NCBI GenBank assembly: GCA_035624925.1
Contig: DASPQN010000061.1
Span: 1 to 50,429 of the forward strand
Direction of reading: 5' to 3'
Source of the DNA: Thermoplasmata archaeon
GTDB taxonomy: Archaea; Thermoplasmatota; Thermoplasmata; Lutacidiplasmatales; UBA184
DNA: 50,429 bases
Shown one piece after another: positions 7,744 through 16,601 of the stretch (the first letter of the stretch is position 1; each line of letters opens with the position of its first letter). The position numbers and the translations under genes were made by a program. Below the pieces are notes generated by a model. It did no database searches. It saw nothing but the letters and a program-made list of their open reading frames with translations, and had not been told where the DNA came from.

Positions 7744-9225
7744 GTGATGACGGCGGAGTCGGACTCGCTGTTCGGCCTCGTGATCGGAGGCACGGAAGCG
7801 CTGGGCGCGGGTGGCGAGAGCGACGAGCTCCTCGACCCGTCCAACAACCGCCCCCTCGCGCGGGTCGCCGTGGGGACCGCTGACGATGCGGCCCGGGCGA
7901 TGGAGGTCGCCCAGGCGGCGTTCGACAGCACCGACTGGGCGGGAGGCGACGGGGCTCGGCGGGCCAAGGCGCTCGTCCGGCTCGGCCAGCTCCTCGAGCA
8001 ACAGCAGGAGGAGTTTGCCCTGCTCGAGAGCCGCAACATGGGCAAGACGCTCCGCGAAGCCCGCGCCGACGTCGGGTATGTCGTGCGGACGATCGAGTAC
8101 GTGAGCGGCCTCGCCGACAAGGTGCAGGGCGAGACGATTCCGGTGCCGGGGAGCCGGTTCAACTACACCGTGCGGGAGCCGCTCGGCGTCACGGTGCACA
8201 TCGCCCCGTGGAACTACCCGCTGCTGCTCGCGATGCGGTCGGTCGTACCCGCGCTCGCCGCGGGGAACGCTGCGGTGCTCAAGCCCGCGAGCCTTACGCC
8301 GCTCACGGCGATCCGGTTCGCCCGTCTCGCCAAGGCGGCCGGCATCCCCGATGGGATCCTCAACGTCGTCGCTGGCCCCGGCGGTCGGATCGGGGAGGCG
8401 ATGGTGAGGGACCCCCGGTGCCGTGCCGTCTCGTTCACCGGGAGCGGCGAGGTCGGCCGGCGCATCGCCGTCCTCGCCGCCGAACGGCTGATCCCGACGA
8501 CGCTGGAGCTCGGGGGGAAGAGCCCGGTGGTCGTGCTCCCCGACGCCGACCTCGAACGAGCTGCGCGGGGGATCGCGCTCGGGATCTTCGGCAACGCCGG
8601 CCAGATGTGCTGGGCCGGCTCGCGCCTGATCGTCCACGAAGCGGTCCGACAAACGGTCCTCGATCGCGTCCGCGCGATCGCCGAAGCGTTGCGCCTCGGC
8701 CCGGCGACGGAGGACGGCACGGAGATGGGACCCCTCGTTTCCCGGGAGCAGGAGCGTCGGGTCCTGGACTACGTCCGCGCCGCGCGGGAGGACGGTGGGA
8801 CGGTCGTCACGGGCGGCAGCAAGCCGTCCGCGCCCCAGCTCGCCGCCGGGAACTTCGTCCAGCCCACGGTCGTCGCCGACCTTCCGCCGACGTCCCGGGC
8901 CGCGCGGGAGGAGATCTTCGGGCCGGTCCTCTCCACGTTCGCGTTCCGGGAGGTCGACGAGGCGGTCCACCTCGCGAACGCGACCCCCTACGGCCTCTTC
9001 GCTGCGGTGTGGACGCGGGACGTGGCCCTAGCCCACCACGTGGCTCGACGGCTCGACGCCGGCATGGTCGTCGTCAACGAGCCTCCGATCACCTTCCCGC
9101 AGACCCCTTTCGGGGGGTTCAAGGAGAGCGGGGTCGGTGCGGAGCAGGGGATCGGCGTCGTCGCGCGCTACACCCGGACCAAGAACGTCCTCGTCAACAT
9201 CGCCGTCCCGAAAAAGAAGGCCTGA
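7744..9225 (+). CDS. NAD(P)-dependent aldehyde dehydrogenase
   Basis: 493 aa. ELGGKSP, FGNAGQMCWAGSR (catalytic Cys), EEIFGPV and PYGL motifs. Start is GTG 7744 or ATG 7747. Confidence 0.9.
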   Translation: MMTAESDSLFGLVIGGTEALGAGGESDELLDPSNNRPLARVAVGTADDAARAMEVAQAAFDSTDWAGGDGARRAKALVRLGQLLEQQQEEFALLESRNMGKTLREARADVGYVVRTIEYVSGLADKVQGETIPVPGSRFNYTVREPLGVTVHIAPWNYPLLLAMRSVVPALAAGNAAVLKPASLTPLTAIRFARLAKAAGIPDGILNVVAGPGGRIGEAMVRDPRCRAVSFTGSGEVGRRIAVLAAERLIPTTLELGGKSPVVVLPDADLERAARGIALGIFGNAGQMCWAGSRLIVHEAVRQTVLDRVRAIAEALRLGPATEDGTEMGPLVSREQERRVLDYVRAAREDGGTVVTGGSKPSAPQLAAGNFVQPTVVADLPPTSRAAREEIFGPVLSTFAFREVDEAVHLANATPYGLFAAVWTRDVALAHHVARRLDAGMVVVNEPPITFPQTPFGGFKESGVGAEQGIGVVARYTRTKNVLVNIAVPKKKA

Positions 9226-9294
9226 CCGTCCCGCTCCAGGCGGGTCGGTTCGTACGAAACCCCAAAAGGGGCCGCCCGGGCTCCCGCAGAACGC

Positions 9295-9915
9295 ATGGAG
9301 ACGGCCGCCCCGAGCTCGGCGTGGGGGTCTTGCCGGTACTGCGGCACGGCGGTCGCTCCCGGCGCGACGGCCTGCGGCCTTTGCGGGGCCGACCGGCCGA
9401 TCGCTGCGGGCGCGCTCGGGAGCGCCCCGGTCGCCGTACGGCGGCGGATACGGATCACGAACGGGCTCCGTGCGATGATCGTCCTCGTCGTCGTCGCCGG
9501 CCTCGCCTACGCGATCGGCGGCGCGGTCCTCGCCGGTCCGCCGAACGTCACGGACCCGCTCACGACGACCGGGACGTACACGGTCGCGCCCGGCTCCGTC
9601 CCGTTCCTTACGGGCGACGTCACCGGAGGCGACTACGTCATCGGGAACTTCACGAGCGTCACCCCGTACGAAGCGACCGTGTCGATCACGGCGTACAACT
9701 CGACCCAGTGGAACGACCTGGTCCACAACGGCACCGGGACCCCGTCCTGGTCGACGCCCTCCGAGGGGAGCGGTCGGATCGTCTTCAGCGCGGAGTACAC
9801 CGACAACTACACGTTCGTGCTGACGAACCCGTACCCGGCCGCGAGCCACATCACGATCACCGTCTACGTCGCGACGCAGTACGAGTCGAACGTCGGGGAC
9901 GACGGCTTCGGTTAG
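9295..9915 (+). CDS. zinc-ribbon / single-TM protein with secreted beta-rich domain
   Basis: 206 aa. CRYCGTAV..CGLCG zinc ribbon, TM helix (MIVLVVVAGLAYAIGGAVLAG), then a T/N/Y-rich ectodomain with several N-x-S/T sequons (NVT, NFT, NST, NGT, NYT). High GC3. Confidence 0.6.
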   Translation: METAAPSSAWGSCRYCGTAVAPGATACGLCGADRPIAAGALGSAPVAVRRRIRITNGLRAMIVLVVVAGLAYAIGGAVLAGPPNVTDPLTTTGTYTVAPGSVPFLTGDVTGGDYVIGNFTSVTPYEATVSITAYNSTQWNDLVHNGTGTPSWSTPSEGSGRIVFSAEYTDNYTFVLTNPYPAASHITITVYVATQYESNVGDDGFG

Positions 9916-10282
9916 GGCGGCGCCCCCTTCCGAAGGCCAGGCACGAACCCCTCACGCGCTCGACCGGCTCGAGCCACCGGCTCACGAGGAGGGATCTGCC
10001 CTCGCCTCGCCGCGACCCGTGGGGTTCGACCCTGGGAAGGCCCGTGGCGCAGCGCGCGGACGCGAGCCTTGATAGCATGCTGGTGGCGGGCCGTGGTGGG
10101 GGTGGAGGCGATGATGATCCCGAGGGCTTCGGCGGCCACCCCTAGTACCCCCTCGACGGGGCCGGAGGCGGCCCTTTCCGAACCTGACCGTCGCAGCGAG
10201 GGTCGGGGGCAGGGCCGATAGGCCCCCGGGCGCCAAGACCCCGCTCAGCTTACAAGTACGGTCGTCGACCTCGGTCCGGGTC

Positions 10283-11392
10283 ATGTCGGGATCTCCCTCG
10301 AGGCTGCACCGGGACGCTTCTCGCAACATCGTGACCAAGTACCTCAAGGTCCGGCCGGGCGAGAACGCCGTCATCGAATCGTGGGACCACACGATGCCCA
10401 TGGCCACGGCGATGGTCGATGAGATCCGCCGTGTGGGCGGCAGGACGCTCCACATCCAGGAGGACGAAGAGGCGTGGTGGCGCGCGATCGACCGGGGGCA
10501 GAGCAAGCTCCTCGGGAGGGCGAGCGCCCCCGAGTGGGCTGCCCTGAGCGCGACGGATGTGTACGTGCACTTCTGGGGCCCCGGCGACACCGACCGCATC
10601 GCGAGGATCCCCGAAAGGACCTTCGACGAGGCCCTGGCGTGGTTCTCGCCCTGGTACGACGCCGCTAGGAGGTCGGGGCTCCGCGGCGCCCGGGTGGCCG
10701 TGGGTTTCGCGACGGAAGGGCGGGCGAGGCAGTGGGGCTTGGACCGCGTGCAGTGGGAGGAACGGATCCTCCGCGCGTGCCTCCCCGACCCGGTGGAGAC
10801 GGCGAGGAGCGCGGCCCGGCTCTGCCGGGCGCTCTCGCGCGGAAGGAAGGTGCGGATCACCCATGCCAACGGGACCGACCTTGAGGTCGGCTTGGCCGGG
10901 GCCGCTCCTCGGTTGCATGACGGGACGCCCCACCCCCGGGACAAGAGGTACGGCCCGAGCGACATGCTCGCGCAGGTCCCTGCCGGTCGGGTCGACGTGG
11001 CCCTCGACTCGAGGACCGCTGAAGGGAGCATCCACGCGAACCGCCGAACCAATATCTGGTGGCATTGGGACGCCGGGGGCACGCTCGAATTCTCGGACGG
11101 CAAGCTTACCTCGTACTCGTTCGAGGAAGGAGGGAAGGAGTTCGCCCGTCAGTACAAGAACGGCACTCCGGGCAAGGACCGCACCGGGGCCCTCACCTTC
11201 GGGCTCAACCCGGCCGCGAAGGATGTTCCCAACTTGGAGAGCGTCGAGCGCGGCTGCGTTTCCCTCGCGCTAGGACGCAACCAGCATCTCCAGGGGACCA
11301 ACGGATCGACCTTCATGAGTTGGGTATCGCTCGCCGGCTCCGAGATCGCGATCGACGGGACCCCGGTCATCCGCGCGGGCAGGCTCCTCTAG
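10283..11392 (+). CDS. M29-family aminopeptidase (aminopeptidase T/S-like)
   Basis: 369 aa. Overall pattern (NIV.KYLKVRPGE.V.I......P...A...E....GG; TDLEVGL; FGLNP; H...G) resembles PepS/AmpS-type thermophilic metalloaminopeptidases. TATA-like cttacaagta lies about 29 nt upstream of ATG. Confidence 0.8.
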   Translation: MSGSPSRLHRDASRNIVTKYLKVRPGENAVIESWDHTMPMATAMVDEIRRVGGRTLHIQEDEEAWWRAIDRGQSKLLGRASAPEWAALSATDVYVHFWGPGDTDRIARIPERTFDEALAWFSPWYDAARRSGLRGARVAVGFATEGRARQWGLDRVQWEERILRACLPDPVETARSAARLCRALSRGRKVRITHANGTDLEVGLAGAAPRLHDGTPHPRDKRYGPSDMLAQVPAGRVDVALDSRTAEGSIHANRRTNIWWHWDAGGTLEFSDGKLTSYSFEEGGKEFARQYKNGTPGKDRTGALTFGLNPAAKDVPNLESVERGCVSLALGRNQHLQGTNGSTFMSWVSLAGSEIAIDGTPVIRAGRLL

Positions 11393-11667
11393 GGCAGGCT
11401 CACGGGCGGCGGCGGGGACCTGAATCGGCCCTCCCCGAGATCCTGCGCAGCGTCGGCCGGCTACGCGCCGGGCCTCCTACGACGCTCCCCGCCCGTTCAT
11501 GTTCGATGCGGGACGGCCTCGCCCCGTCCGGGTCCGGCCCCCGACAGCGTTGGAGTCGCGAATAGGAATAGGGGTGGTGATGAGGGGACCCCGTAGCTAG
11601 GGGAATCTCCCCGGGGCCGGGTGCGTCGTGGAGCGCAGGAACCGCGGACTCTCCTCGCGATGCCGCC

Positions 11668-12342
11668 CTAGGCGGGTCCGCCCGCCGACCCCTCCGTGGG
11701 CGCGGCGAGCGTCTCGGTCCGGCGCAACAGCCCGGGAGGGATCCGGTCGACGAGATAGACGGTCTTCCCCGCCCGCATGATCACGATCCCCTCATCCTGG
11801 GCCCGGCGCGCGTCGACCTCGAGGACGATCGGTTCCGGGGTCCGTACCTTCCCCGCGGCGACCGCGTCCTGAGCGGTCTTCGAAAGGTGGACCTTCCGCC
11901 GGTCGGACGGCCGGAGGCCGACCTCGAGGACGATCGCGGCCTCGTCGGCGGTCACCGGGTAGTAGAGGTGCTCGGGGATATCCTTGGTCGGGAGGTCGAG
12001 GTCGACCTCGAGGGTATGGCCGTAGGTCGCCCGGATCCGTTCGTCGCGCACCTCGTACCGGCCCTTCGCGTCGGTCTCTGCGATCGCGACCAGGTGCTGC
12101 GGCCGGAGCCAGCGATAGACCGGGTGGCGCTGGGCGATCGCCCGCGCGATCGCGCCGAGCTCGATCCAACCGTGGGCATCGACAGCGAGGCCGTAGCGGT
12201 CCGGGAAGTGCCGCAGGATGCCGGTCAGGATCCGGCCGAGGTGGTCGAGCTCACGGTCGTTCAGGACGAACCGCCCGCCTTGGCCGCAGACCGGGCATCC
12301 CTCGGCCCGGAAGTAGCCGTGCTGGGCGCACTCCTTCAGCAT
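11668..12342 (-). CDS. kptA: RNA 2'-phosphotransferase (Tpt1/KptA)
   Basis: C-terminal 224 aa of ORF 11668..12684 from ATG 12342 (MLKECAQHGYF...). LSRILTGILRH-like LGRILTGILRHFPDRYGL..D.HGW, ...RYEV....IRATYGHT, VHLS motifs. The upstream part of the track ORF is an out-of-frame read through rpoL. Confidence 0.9.
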   Translation of the reverse strand: MLKECAQHGYFRAEGCPVCGQGGRFVLNDRELDHLGRILTGILRHFPDRYGLAVDAHGWIELGAIARAIAQRHPVYRWLRPQHLVAIAETDAKGRYEVRDERIRATYGHTLEVDLDLPTKDIPEHLYYPVTADEAAIVLEVGLRPSDRRKVHLSKTAQDAVAAGKVRTPEPIVLEVDARRAQDEGIVIMRAGKTVYLVDRIPPGLLRRTETLAAPTEGSAGGPA

Positions 12343-12358
12343 CGGACGGGCGGCATCG

Positions 12359-12646
12359 TCAGGCCTTGACCTTGTCCGCCTTCTTCTCGAAGTCCGCGAG
12401 CAGGTCGTCGTACAGGTCCGTGAGGTCCTTGAGCACGCGCTTGAGGACCTGCTGGGGCTTCTCGCCCCGGGTCCGGAGCTGGAGCGTGGGCCGGTCGAGG
12501 AACGGGTGGCCGAACAGGTAGCGCGCCTCGACGACCTTCTCTTCGCGCTGGAGCGCCTCGACCAGCGGGACGAGGAGCGTCTCCTCGCCCTTGGGCAGCT
12601 CGACCCGCACGAGATCGTGCTCCTTCTCGACGACGCGAATCTCCAT
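12359..12646 (-). CDS. rpoL: DNA-directed RNA polymerase subunit L (Rpo11)
   Basis: MEIRVVEKEHDLVRVELPKGEETLLVPLVEAL...ARYLFGHPFLDRPTLQLRT. ATG 12646 is preferred over the GTG at 12679. GGAG lies about 7 nt upstream. Confidence 0.85.
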   Translation of the reverse strand: MEIRVVEKEHDLVRVELPKGEETLLVPLVEALQREEKVVEARYLFGHPFLDRPTLQLRTRGEKPQQVLKRVLKDLTDLYDDLLADFEKKADKVKA

Positions 12647-12738
12647 CGGCGGCTCCGGGAACGGCCCCCACTTGGGCACCCCACTTAACGGTGGCGGCGC
12701 GGCCCGGGGAGGGCGCCCGGCCCGGCGCTCCGCCGGGC

Positions 12739-12746
12739 CTTTAACC
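12739..12746 (+). promoter_or_regulatory. TATA-like box for purD
   Basis: ctttaacc, centred about 26 nt upstream of GTG 12769. Confidence 0.35.
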
Positions 12747-12768
12747 TCCGGTCGGTGCGCCCCCGGAC

Positions 12769-14178
12769 GTGACGCGGTGGCTCGTCGTCGGCGGCGGAGC
12801 CCGGGAGCACGCGATCGCCCTGACCCTCGTGCGTGCCCACGCCGAGGTCGTCGTCGTGAGCCCCAACGCCAACCCCGGCCTGGAGCGGCTCGCCCGCGCC
12901 TCGGCCCGCCTCCGTCCGGAGGAGGCCGAGAAGGTCGCCGAGTTCGCCGGGCGGGAGCGCGCCGACGCCGCCGTGATCGGTCCCGAGGCGCCGCTCGCGA
13001 CCGGCCTCGCGGACACTCTTCGTCAGCGCGGCCTCCCTACCGTCGGGCCCGGACAGTCGGCCGCCCGTCTGGAATCGTCCAAGGCGTTCTGCCGAGAGCT
13101 GCTCGCCCGTCACGGGGTCGGTGCCCAGCCCCGCTTCGCGATTGTCGGGTCGGCTGAGGAGGTCGACCGCGAGGCGGCGTCGTTCCCAGGGCCGTTCGTC
13201 GTCAAGCCGAGCGGGCTCACCGCCGGAAAGGGCGTCTGGGTCCAGGGGGCCGACTTCCCCGGGCCGAAGGAGGGGGCGGCGTATGCGAAGACCCTCGTCG
13301 CCCAGGGCGGGAAGGTGCTCCTCGAGGAGAAGCTCGAAGGCGAGGAGTTCAGCCTGATGGCGTTCGTGACCGATAACGGCGTCTGGCCGATGCCGGCCGT
13401 CCAGGACTTCAAGCGGGCCCTCGAGGGCGACGAGGGGCCGAACACGGGAGGCATGGGGTCGTACTCGCAGCGGGACCATCTCCTGCCGTTCCTGCGGCCG
13501 GCCGACCGGGACCACGCGTTCCACATCCTCGAGTCGACCGTCGCCGCGTTGCGAGCGGAGGGGCTCCCGTACCGCGGGATCCTCTACGGGGGGTTCATGC
13601 TGACCGCCCAGGGACCCCGCCTCCTCGAGTTCAACGTTCGGTTCGGCGACCCGGAGGGGATCAACGTCCTGACCCTCTACGAGGAGGGCAACTTCTCCGA
13701 CCTCCTCCTCGGCGTCGCCTCGGGTCGCGTCGACCCGAACCTCGTCCGCTTCCGTCGCCGATCGACCGTCGTGCGGTACCTCGTGCCGCCGGGGTACGGG
13801 AGCCATCCCGTCGCCGGCGGGCTCGTCGAGCTGGACGAGGGGAAGATCGAGGCCGAGGGAGTTCACGTCGTCTACGGGAGCGTCGACGCCGCCGGGCCCG
13901 CCGCGGTGCGCCTCGGCACGAGCCGGGGGGTCGCCCTGGTCGGAGAGGCGAGCGCAATCCACGAGGCCGCGGCCCGGGTCGAGAGCGCGCTCCGTCACGT
14001 CCGGGGCGACGTCTACGTCCGGCACGACATCGGGACGCAGGCCGACCTCGCCCGTCGTTGGGAGCACGTCCGCCAGCTGCTCGCGCCCGGCGCCGCCGCC
14101 TCGCCACTTCCGCTCAGCGTCGCGCCGCCGGACGCGGCCCCGTCGAGCTCGGGCCCTCCCGAGCAACTGACCGGTTGA
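12769..14178 (+). CDS. purD: phosphoribosylamine--glycine ligase
   Basis: 469 aa. WLVVGGGAREHAIA, ATP-grasp core (FVVKPSGLTAGKGV, LLEEKLEGEEFS, EFNVRFGDPE), with a P/A/S-rich C-terminal tail. Confidence 0.92.
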   Translation: MTRWLVVGGGAREHAIALTLVRAHAEVVVVSPNANPGLERLARASARLRPEEAEKVAEFAGRERADAAVIGPEAPLATGLADTLRQRGLPTVGPGQSAARLESSKAFCRELLARHGVGAQPRFAIVGSAEEVDREAASFPGPFVVKPSGLTAGKGVWVQGADFPGPKEGAAYAKTLVAQGGKVLLEEKLEGEEFSLMAFVTDNGVWPMPAVQDFKRALEGDEGPNTGGMGSYSQRDHLLPFLRPADRDHAFHILESTVAALRAEGLPYRGILYGGFMLTAQGPRLLEFNVRFGDPEGINVLTLYEEGNFSDLLLGVASGRVDPNLVRFRRRSTVVRYLVPPGYGSHPVAGGLVELDEGKIEAEGVHVVYGSVDAAGPAAVRLGTSRGVALVGEASAIHEAAARVESALRHVRGDVYVRHDIGTQADLARRWEHVRQLLAPGAAASPLPLSVAPPDAAPSSSGPPEQLTG

Positions 14179-14228
14179 GCCGTCCTCGACGAAGCGTAAA
14201 GAGGGCCTTCCCGCTGGAATCCGGACCG

Positions 14229-14537
14229 ATGTTCTGCCCGAAGTGCAAGCGCCTGATGCGCCCGGACCGCGCCGCCCACGTCTGGCGCTGCCCCGGATGC
14301 GGGCACACGCTGCCGCTCGGTCGTGGGGTGGAGGTCGGACGTTCGACCCCGGAAGCACGCCATGTGGGCGTCGTCGAATCGAAGACCGTCACCCTCCCGA
14401 AGGCGGAGGAGACCTGCCCGAAGTGCGGGAACGGGTGGGCGTACTGGGTGCTGCGGCAGACCCGCGGCGCCGACGAGCCCGAGACGCGGATCTTCGAGTG
14501 CACGAAGTGCGGACATAAGTGGCGGGAGTACCAGTGA
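14229..14537 (+). CDS. tfs: transcription factor S (TFS, RpoM/TFIIS-like)
   Basis: 102 aa from ATG 14229. N-terminal ribbon CPKC...CPGC, C-terminal ribbon CPKCG...QTRGADEPETRIFECTKCGHKW with an acidic DE hairpin. Confidence 0.88.
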   Translation: MFCPKCKRLMRPDRAAHVWRCPGCGHTLPLGRGVEVGRSTPEARHVGVVESKTVTLPKAEETCPKCGNGWAYWVLRQTRGADEPETRIFECTKCGHKWREYQ

Positions 14538-15838
14538 GCGTCGACGGGTTCGGGTCGGTCGCCCAGGTCTTCCTACCGGACGCGCTCGGGCACGGGGTCC
14601 GGCTGAGGGGCTGGGTCCTGCGGACCCGGTCGTCCGGGGGCATCCTGTTCGTCCTGCTGCGCGACCGGTCCGGCGTGGTCCAGGTGACGGGCCGCCGCGA
14701 CGGCCTGGGGGACGCGGCGTTCGACGCCGCCGAGCACGTCCAGGTGGAGGGGGCCATCGAGGTCGAGGGGACGGTGGCCGAGGACCGACGGGCCCCCGGC
14801 GGGCGGGAGGTCCGGGCCACGACGGTCCGGGTCGTCCACGCGGGCGAGCCGTTCCCGATCTTCACGGACCAGACCGAGGAGTTCCGCCTCGACCACCGTC
14901 ATCTCGTCGTCCGGTCCCAGGAGCATGTCGCGACGTTCCGGGTGAAGGCCGAGCTCCTGCGTGCCCTCCGCGAGTTCCTCGACCGTGAGGAGGTCCTCGA
15001 GATGACCCCCCCGATCCTCTCCGGCAACGCCGCCGAGGGCGGAGCCGAGGCGTTCCAGATCGACTACTTCGGGCGACCGGGTTACCTCTCCCAGACCGCG
15101 CAGCTCTACCTCGAGGCGCTCCTGTTCCCGAACGAAAGGGTCTACGGGCTCACCCCGTCGTTCCGCGCGGAGAAGTCGCGGACCCCGCGCCATCTGACCG
15201 AGTACCTCCACCTCGAGGTCGAGCTGGCCTGGTGCGACCTGACGGGCCTGCTCGACTTCGAGGAGCGCATGGTGGTCGCCGTCGCCCACGCCCTCGCCGA
15301 GCGACGGCCGGCCGAGCTGCGCGCGCTGGGGCGTCCCCCCGAGGAGCTCGCCCGTCTTGCCGCACCGTTCCCGCGGATCACCTACGCGGAGGCGATCGAC
15401 CGGCTCGCCTCGCAGGGGTTCTCCGTCCGCTGGGGGAGCGACCTCGGGACCGCGGAGGAGCGGGCCTTGACCGTCGAGGAGCGCGTGCCGCTGTTCGTCA
15501 CGCGGTTCCCCAAGGAACTGAAGGCGTTCTACATGCTCCGCTCGGCGGACGACAGCCGCACGGTCGAGGCGGCGGACCTCCTGGCCCCCGAGGGCTACGG
15601 CGAGATGATCGGCGGCTCCTGCCGCGAGACCGACCTCGCCCGGCTGACCGAGCGGCTGCAGGAGACCGGGGCGAACGTCGCCGAGTACGAGTGGTACCTT
15701 GACCTCCGCCGGCACGGCAGCGTCCAGCACGCCGGCTTCGGCCTGGGGATCGAGAGGATGCTCCGCTGGATCCTCCGGCGCGAGCACATCCGCGAGACAA
15801 CGCCGTTCCCGCGGACCCCGTCGCGCCACACACCGTGA
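14534..15838 (+). CDS. asnS: asparagine--tRNA ligase (class IIb; AspRS not fully excluded)
   Basis: FRAEKSRTPRHLTEY, KAFYM, YEWYLDLRRHGSVQHAGFGLGIERM, FPRTP...P. The WYLDLRRyG and KAFYM patterns favour AsnRS. GTG 14534 overlaps the TFS stop (GTGA). The track start at 14519 is an alternative. Confidence 0.8.
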   Translation: MSVDGFGSVAQVFLPDALGHGVRLRGWVLRTRSSGGILFVLLRDRSGVVQVTGRRDGLGDAAFDAAEHVQVEGAIEVEGTVAEDRRAPGGREVRATTVRVVHAGEPFPIFTDQTEEFRLDHRHLVVRSQEHVATFRVKAELLRALREFLDREEVLEMTPPILSGNAAEGGAEAFQIDYFGRPGYLSQTAQLYLEALLFPNERVYGLTPSFRAEKSRTPRHLTEYLHLEVELAWCDLTGLLDFEERMVVAVAHALAERRPAELRALGRPPEELARLAAPFPRITYAEAIDRLASQGFSVRWGSDLGTAEERALTVEERVPLFVTRFPKELKAFYMLRSADDSRTVEAADLLAPEGYGEMIGGSCRETDLARLTERLQETGANVAEYEWYLDLRRHGSVQHAGFGLGIERMLRWILRREHIRETTPFPRTPSRHTP

Positions 15839-15935
15839 CCGGCCGCGCCACGGGCCGGCGGGCGTCGGCGACTTTCAGCAAGGCTCAAGTGCGAGCGAGC
15901 GTGTTACCGGTTGCTCGCTCATCGGGGGCCCCAGC

Positions 15936-16601
15936 GTGGCAACGGAGCAAGGGTCGGACCGACGGGCCGAGCGTGCACCGCCGGTGCTAGAGAAGCCGTC
16001 CGAGAAGGCGTCGGAGCGATCGGCCGAGAAGGCGCCGGAGAAACCGGCGGAGCGGTCGTCGGAGAAGGCGACTGACAAACCGGCCGAAAGGTCCCCCGAG
16101 AAGGCTCCCGAGAAGCCGGCAGAGAAACCGGCCGCGCCGGAGCTCTCGGTCGAGCGGGTGACGCACCAGGACATCCCGGCGATCTGTACCCTCTACAAGC
16201 GTGTCTGGGAATCGGAGGCCGGTCTCCCGGCGGAACTGGTGAAGGCCTGGCAGCCGACCCCGCTCGAGTTCCCGAGCTGGATGGAAGGGGTGACGTACTT
16301 CGCGGCTCGGCGGGGAGGTCACCTGGTCGGGGTCGTCGGTTGTGAGTTCCGCCGGGGCACCTGCCGGCTCGTCCAGCTCGCCGTGGAACCGGATCGCCGC
16401 CGCCAGGCGGTCGGGACCGCCCTCGTGAACGCCGCCGTCGACTGGGCCCGGCGGTCCAACGCCGCGGCGGTCTGGGCGGACCCGCTCGCCCGCTTCCAGG
16501 CCGCCGGACTCCTGCTCCGAAAGCTCGGCTTCGCCGAGAGCGGTCTCCTCCACCGCCACGAGTGGGGCGAGGACGTCCGGTTCTTCGAACGGGTCCTCTA
16601 G
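15936..16601 (+). CDS. GNAT-family N-acetyltransferase with N-terminal E/K/P/A/S repeat region
   Basis: GTG 15936 within ORF 15699..16601. C-terminal GNAT core (LVQLAVEPDRRRQAVGTALVNAAVDWAR, motif A Q/RxxGxG/A-like). The N-terminus is 4 x 12-aa repeats. Confidence 0.75.
   Translation: MATEQGSDRRAERAPPVLEKPSEKASERSAEKAPEKPAERSSEKATDKPAERSPEKAPEKPAEKPAAPELSVERVTHQDIPAICTLYKRVWESEAGLPAELVKAWQPTPLEFPSWMEGVTYFAARRGGHLVGVVGCEFRRGTCRLVQLAVEPDRRRQAVGTALVNAAVDWARRSNAAAVWADPLARFQAAGLLLRKLGFAESGLLHRHEWGEDVRFFERVL
15990..16133 (+). repeat. 4 imperfect tandem 36-nt (12-aa) coding repeats
   Basis: In frame: EKPSEKASERSA / EKAPEKPAERSS / EKATDKPAERSP / EKAPEKPAEKPA. DNA units start gagaag at 15990, 16026, 16062 and 16098. 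Confidence 0.85.

Noticed and set aside
9990-10060. Shared GGAAGGCCCG(G)TG string at about 10030 and about 45990, as a dispersed repeat or SRP-RNA helix-8-like motif.
   Set aside because: Only about 12 nt are shared, with no extended similarity in the flanks. It also does not match the GGAA-tetraloop/AGCA context of SRP RNA. I attribute it to chance in GC-rich DNA.
9912-10139. 75-aa basic ORF on the minus strand in the 9916-10282 gap.
   Set aside because: Coding-like GC3 appears only in the first half, the composition is R/A/P-rich, and there is no promoter-like element at the right distance. I kept it only as part of the gap finding.
11577-11583. GTGATGA (C-box-like) in the 275-nt convergent gap 11393-11667. 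A second GTGATGA lies on the minus strand at 45854-45860.
   Set aside because: No CTGA D-box at the expected 40-60 nt downstream, no C'/D' pair and no terminal stem. A single heptamer match is not evidence for a C/D-box sRNA.
15990-16133. Tandem repeats as a possible CRISPR or minisatellite locus.
   Set aside because: The units are contiguous with no spacers, 36 nt long, in frame and translated as a 12-aa repeat within a GNAT gene. No CRISPR-like repeat-spacer array was seen anywhere in the window.
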